NCBI GenBank assembly: GCA_030688735.1
Contig: JAUYJC010000602.1
Location: 1-62,547, forward strand
Direction: 5' to 3'
DNA: 62,547 nucleotides
Origin: Deltaproteobacteria bacterium
GTDB taxonomy: Bacteria > Desulfobacterota > Binatia > UBA9968
The position numbers were made by a program, and so were the translations under genes. A model generated the notes under the pieces. That model was not told where the DNA came from. It searched no databases and saw nothing but the letters and a program-made list of their open reading frames with translations. Numbering within the stretch: position 1 is the stretch's first letter; each line of letters starts with the position of its first letter. This document shows, piece after piece, positions 58,887 through 62,547 of this stretch.

Positions 58887-60201
58887 GGACGGTTGCGGTT
58901 GGCTCGGCTTTCAATTCCTCGGCCATGCTAGGCGGGAACTGGATGTCGAGATTGTCAACGGAGAGTGTGCCGGAAATGAGGCGCGGGAGAAGCATGTCGC
59001 GCGACTTCGTCAGCACTTCGTTTTGCTCCAGCAACGTGCCAATCTGTTTGAAAATTGGCGCAGCACACTCGTTGAAGCGCTCAATCAAAGGCCCAGGTGG
59101 CATAAAGATAGGGATAATCTTGAAAGTGTCCACGATGATGTTGTCAAACACGCCGGATTTTGAAACGCCCTTGATGTAGGCGATGGCATTCTTCATCGAA
59201 AGAAAATAAAAGTACGCGTCGCCTTCATGACTTGGGGACAACGCGTAACATGTTTGGTTCATGGCCATCTCCCGGTGGGCCAGGCATATCTTCCCGACTG
59301 TGCCCCGAGCGGTAATAAAGATTGTATCTTTCTGGTAGAGCCGGCTGTTGCAACTATCCAGACCCTTTTGTGTAATCGCCCTTTCGGTCTTCAGGACATA
59401 AAAGTTATCGTCCGCATCTTTCGGTGTGAAAAACGGAATGTCGCCATCCCAATAAACGGGATTGTCTGTGTTTGGCGTTCCTCCGCTCATCACTCGGAAA
59501 ACTTTGTTGCTCGGAGTTGGAGTCCAGCCCGCCGGCACACCTTTGACCTTCTTCACCTTTTCGTATCCGGGGAAGCGGAGGCGCACGAACCATTCGCGGT
59601 AGATTTCCTCGGCCAGCTTTTCCAGTAGCGCGATACGCCGCTTGTTGTTTTCAATCAGCTCATCATACGCCGAGAGAATGGCGGCAATCTTCTGCTGAGT
59701 TGGCAAAGCCGGAATACGCAGTTCGGTGTGGTTCTTAAACGCGGTATACTGAAACCTAGAAACGCCGGTGTGCTGGATGTTGAAGACCGCCATGTATCCG
59801 TATCGGTGGAGTGTCTGCAACAAGTAGTAGGTAAACCGTGGCGAGTAGTTCTCCGTGTCCAATCGGAGATGGCGACTAAAACTCGCGCACAAAACTGGTA
59901 GGTCGCGGTGTTTTTGAAAAAATGACTCTTTTAGCAAAGCACTGCGACCTGTTGATTGTGTCGATGTGCCGCCCGCAGTTTCAAGGATGATGTCACCGGG
60001 TCCGAGTTTCTTTCTTCCGATGAGATGGTCCTGAATCCACCTCTTCGGGAATTCCGCCGCCGGATTATCGAGGTCGGCGAAATCCGTTCCTCGAATGATG
60101 ATCGCTTGACGCAGACCGACAGCCTCTTCGCCTGCTCCCCATTCACCGTCTTTGCTGTCAACGAGGAGCTTTGCGAACGGTGTTTCTTTCCAGCCGCTCA
60201 T
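58879..60201 (-). CDS. hsdS: Type I RM specificity subunit S
   Basis: Two TRDs separated by P.LPTQQKIAAILSAYDELIENN; ends RDMLLPRLISG. Confidence 0.93.
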   Translation of the reverse strand: MSGWKETPFAKLLVDSKDGEWGAGEEAVGLRQAIIIRGTDFADLDNPAAEFPKRWIQDHLIGRKKLGPGDIILETAGGTSTQSTGRSALLKESFFQKHRDLPVLCASFSRHLRLDTENYSPRFTYYLLQTLHRYGYMAVFNIQHTGVSRFQYTAFKNHTELRIPALPTQQKIAAILSAYDELIENNKRRIALLEKLAEEIYREWFVRLRFPGYEKVKKVKGVPAGWTPTPSNKVFRVMSGGTPNTDNPVYWDGDIPFFTPKDADDNFYVLKTERAITQKGLDSCNSRLYQKDTIFITARGTVGKICLAHREMAMNQTCYALSPSHEGDAYFYFLSMKNAIAYIKGVSKSGVFDNIIVDTFKIIPIFMPPGPLIERFNECAAPIFKQIGTLLEQNEVLTKSRDMLLPRLISGTLSVDNLDIQFPPSMAEELKAEPTATVHA

Positions 60202-62276
60202 GCTTCGCCCGTTAACGCCTTGATATTCGCGCCGATGTTCTTGTCTAATTTCGACGCAGCGGCGGTCAGCTCCGCAAGCTGATCGTTGATGTCCAAAACT
60301 TCTGCGATGAACTCCTCTTCCGTCTTTCCGTCCTCCTCAATTACCACACCGACATAGCGGCCGGGGTTTAGCGAGTAATCTTGTTCCTTCAGTTCCGCCG
60401 GGCTGGCGAGTTTACACAGGCCCGTGACATCCTCGTACTCCGCCTTCGGGAAACGTTCCTGCAGCCAGTGAATGTGCCGGTAGAAGATTTCGGCGTTCTT
60501 CACCTCCGTGTGCAAAGCTTCCAGCGCGGTCTTGAGCGCCTTGGTCTTGCGATCGGTGGCGGCGCGTTTGCCGTCGGCTTGTGCCTGCTCGGCCTGATGC
60601 TTCTCGTGTTGGCGCACTGTCTTGTCCAACTGCTTTAAGCCCTCGTGGAGCGCCGCAAAGAAGGGATCGAAGACCTCGCGCAACTGGTGCTGGGCTTTGT
60701 TCTTTTGGTCCACCGCTTTTTCACCGGCGTGCTTCTCGCGGAATTGCTCGTAGCGGGTCCGGAGTTTGTTGAGGCCGGCCCATTGCCTCACGAGTTCGGC
60801 CACGGCCTGTTTCCCGGCTTCGTCCTCCAGCACGTCGATCAGTTGCGCGGAGACCGGTTCCACGCGGGTCTTGTTCTCGATGAGCCGTTCCATGCCCGCC
60901 GCGAAGTAGCGGTCAATCAGTTGCACGAACTTTTCGCGCCGGCCTTTGTGGAGCTGGCTGATGATGGCGATGTTCAGGAGTTGCTCGTCAGAGAACTCGC
61001 GGTGGGCGCGGTCAATCTGGGTGAAGATGTTCCGGGCGTCTATGAAGAGGATGCGGTCGTCGGTCTTGGCGCGGTCGAAGAACCAGAGCGTGGCCGGGAG
61101 TGTGACGGTGTAGAACATGTTGGAAGGCAGCGTCAGCATCGCGTAGATGAGGTTCTCCTCGATCAACGTTCGCCGGATGTCGGCCTCGGAGTGGCGCGCG
61201 TCGGACGCGGAGTTCGCCATGACAAGCGCGGCACGGCCCTTCGGTTTCAAGGAAGTAGCGAAGAGATTGATCCAGAGGTAGTTCGCGTTGGGGACGGTTT
61301 CCTTGCCCTGGTCAGCTTTCTTGGCCTTGGATTTGTTGCGCGGGATGCCGTAGTTGTTGAAGCGTTTGTCCTTCTCCACGCTGCTCAAGCTCACGTCGTC
61401 CACGTTGAACGGCGGATTGGCGAGGACATAATCGAACGCGCCGAGACTGCCGAAAGCGTCCTCATAGTAGGTATTAGCCTTTTTGATCTCGCCCCGTAGA
61501 CCGTTCACGGCGAGGTTCATCTTGGCAAGATTGACGGTTTCAAGCGTCTTCTCCTGCCCGTAGACGTAAACGCCGCTGTCTGAGTCCTTCGACAGTTCCT
61601 TGCGGTGCTGTTCGATGAAGTGGACCGACTGCACAAACATGCCGCCCGAACCGCAAGCCGGGTCGAAAACCTTGCCCCCGTGCGGCTCGATCATCTCGAC
61701 CATCAGGCGTACAACCGAGCGTGGCGTGAAGAATTCCCCGCCCTTTTGTCCTTCGCTTCTGGCGAACTCTGCTAAAAAGTATTCATAAATCTGTCCGAAC
61801 AAATCGCCGTCCGTGTCGGCCGGAATGTCAGCAAACGTTTTCAGAAGTTGGTTGGGAATCGTCCGCGTCTTCTCGTCGCGATTAAGCCGATAGTATTCGT
61901 CCTTTGGCAAAACGCCTTCGAGCTCCGGTTTGTACTCCTCGATCGCTTTCATCGCCTCCTTGAGCGCCTTGGCGATATCCTTCTCCTCCGGCAGATTCAG
62001 CAGGTGCTCGTAACGAGCGTGGTCAGGCAGATAGAACCCGCACTTTTCAATGGCAATTTCGGAAAGCTTCTTCTCGCGTCGTGTGCCTTTGAGTTTTTGA
62101 TACTCCGCGATGATTTCCGCTTCGTGGCGGCGATAATTGTTGTCAGCAAACTTGAGAAAAATCAGCCCCAGTACCGGCGTCGAATACTCGTTGGACTTAA
62201 GATCGGAGTTCGCACGCAGATTATTTGCGGCACTCCAGAGATCGTTTTCCAGTTGTTTCAGTTCTTCTTTTGTCAT
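60198..62276 (-). CDS. hsdM: Type I RM methyltransferase subunit M (m6A-type)
   Basis: LWSAANNLR, GEFFTP, DPACGSGGM, NPPF, YSLNPGRYVG; C-terminal helical insertion. Confidence 0.96.
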   Translation of the reverse strand: MTKEELKQLENDLWSAANNLRANSDLKSNEYSTPVLGLIFLKFADNNYRRHEAEIIAEYQKLKGTRREKKLSEIAIEKCGFYLPDHARYEHLLNLPEEKDIAKALKEAMKAIEEYKPELEGVLPKDEYYRLNRDEKTRTIPNQLLKTFADIPADTDGDLFGQIYEYFLAEFARSEGQKGGEFFTPRSVVRLMVEMIEPHGGKVFDPACGSGGMFVQSVHFIEQHRKELSKDSDSGVYVYGQEKTLETVNLAKMNLAVNGLRGEIKKANTYYEDAFGSLGAFDYVLANPPFNVDDVSLSSVEKDKRFNNYGIPRNKSKAKKADQGKETVPNANYLWINLFATSLKPKGRAALVMANSASDARHSEADIRRTLIEENLIYAMLTLPSNMFYTVTLPATLWFFDRAKTDDRILFIDARNIFTQIDRAHREFSDEQLLNIAIISQLHKGRREKFVQLIDRYFAAGMERLIENKTRVEPVSAQLIDVLEDEAGKQAVAELVRQWAGLNKLRTRYEQFREKHAGEKAVDQKNKAQHQLREVFDPFFAALHEGLKQLDKTVRQHEKHQAEQAQADGKRAATDRKTKALKTALEALHTEVKNAEIFYRHIHWLQERFPKAEYEDVTGLCKLASPAELKEQDYSLNPGRYVGVVIEEDGKTEEEFIAEVLDINDQLAELTAAASKLDKNIGANIKALTGEA

Positions 62277-62547
62277 CGTCGTCGATAGCGACAAACGTCA
62301 CCGATTGATAATACATGGACTGGTTGCCGCAAGCGCTCGCTCGAAAAGAGAATATGCCAGCCCCGAGATTCGCAACTGTCAGACCTACCTACGTCCCACG
62401 TTTGCAATTCTTACCCCGGGCCTTTCTCAACCCCGCCTACCCAACTCTCCCTCAAAGCATCGATCTCCTTCCAGCCCCGGAGATTGAAATAGCCGACGCA
62501 GAAATCGGAACGGGTAGACAACTCTATCGTCTCGCGAAGCGCGGGAA

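Noticed and set aside
62295-62547. Possible further gene or element end upstream of hsdM
   Set aside because: No recognisable ORF or motif, and the context is cut by the window edge

Overview
GC-rich bacterial chromosomal window. The gene content (TRAP systems, orphan NMT1/THI5-type binding proteins, tandem UvrA) suggests a Deltaproteobacteria/Binatia-like lineage, which is inference only. The core backbone is: glcD-like oxidase (partial), two TRAP transporters, an amidase, lipB-lipA, an NCS2 permease, ppiD, mreBCD-mrdA-rodA, trxA-pepA-folE-ccdA-tlpA, tartronate semialdehyde reductase, a bifunctional PBP, queE and a fused double uvrA. Accessory blocks are: (i) a ~5.8 kb integrase-less island with a Mo-hydroxylase LMS cluster, bounded by a recoded 124-bp duplication of the rodA 3' end; (ii) a cassette-like array (DUF433/PIN toxin-antitoxin pair, J-domain gene) separated by copies of a repeated spacer; (iii) a defence locus with a HipA-like kinase plus DUF3037, stacked RM remnants and a type I RM system. 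The most striking unexplained elements are a stand-alone transcription unit for a 15-aa Lys-rich peptide whose flanks are complementary in a crossed (pseudoknot-like) order, an uncharacterised Fe-S/Cys-rich protein pair inside an aminotransferase-TRAP operon, ~20-24-bp micro-elements inserted in frame in proteins, and many inverted 7/8/9-mer tandem repeats. No rRNA, tRNA or CRISPR array was seen. All calls come from reading the sequence; no searches were run.
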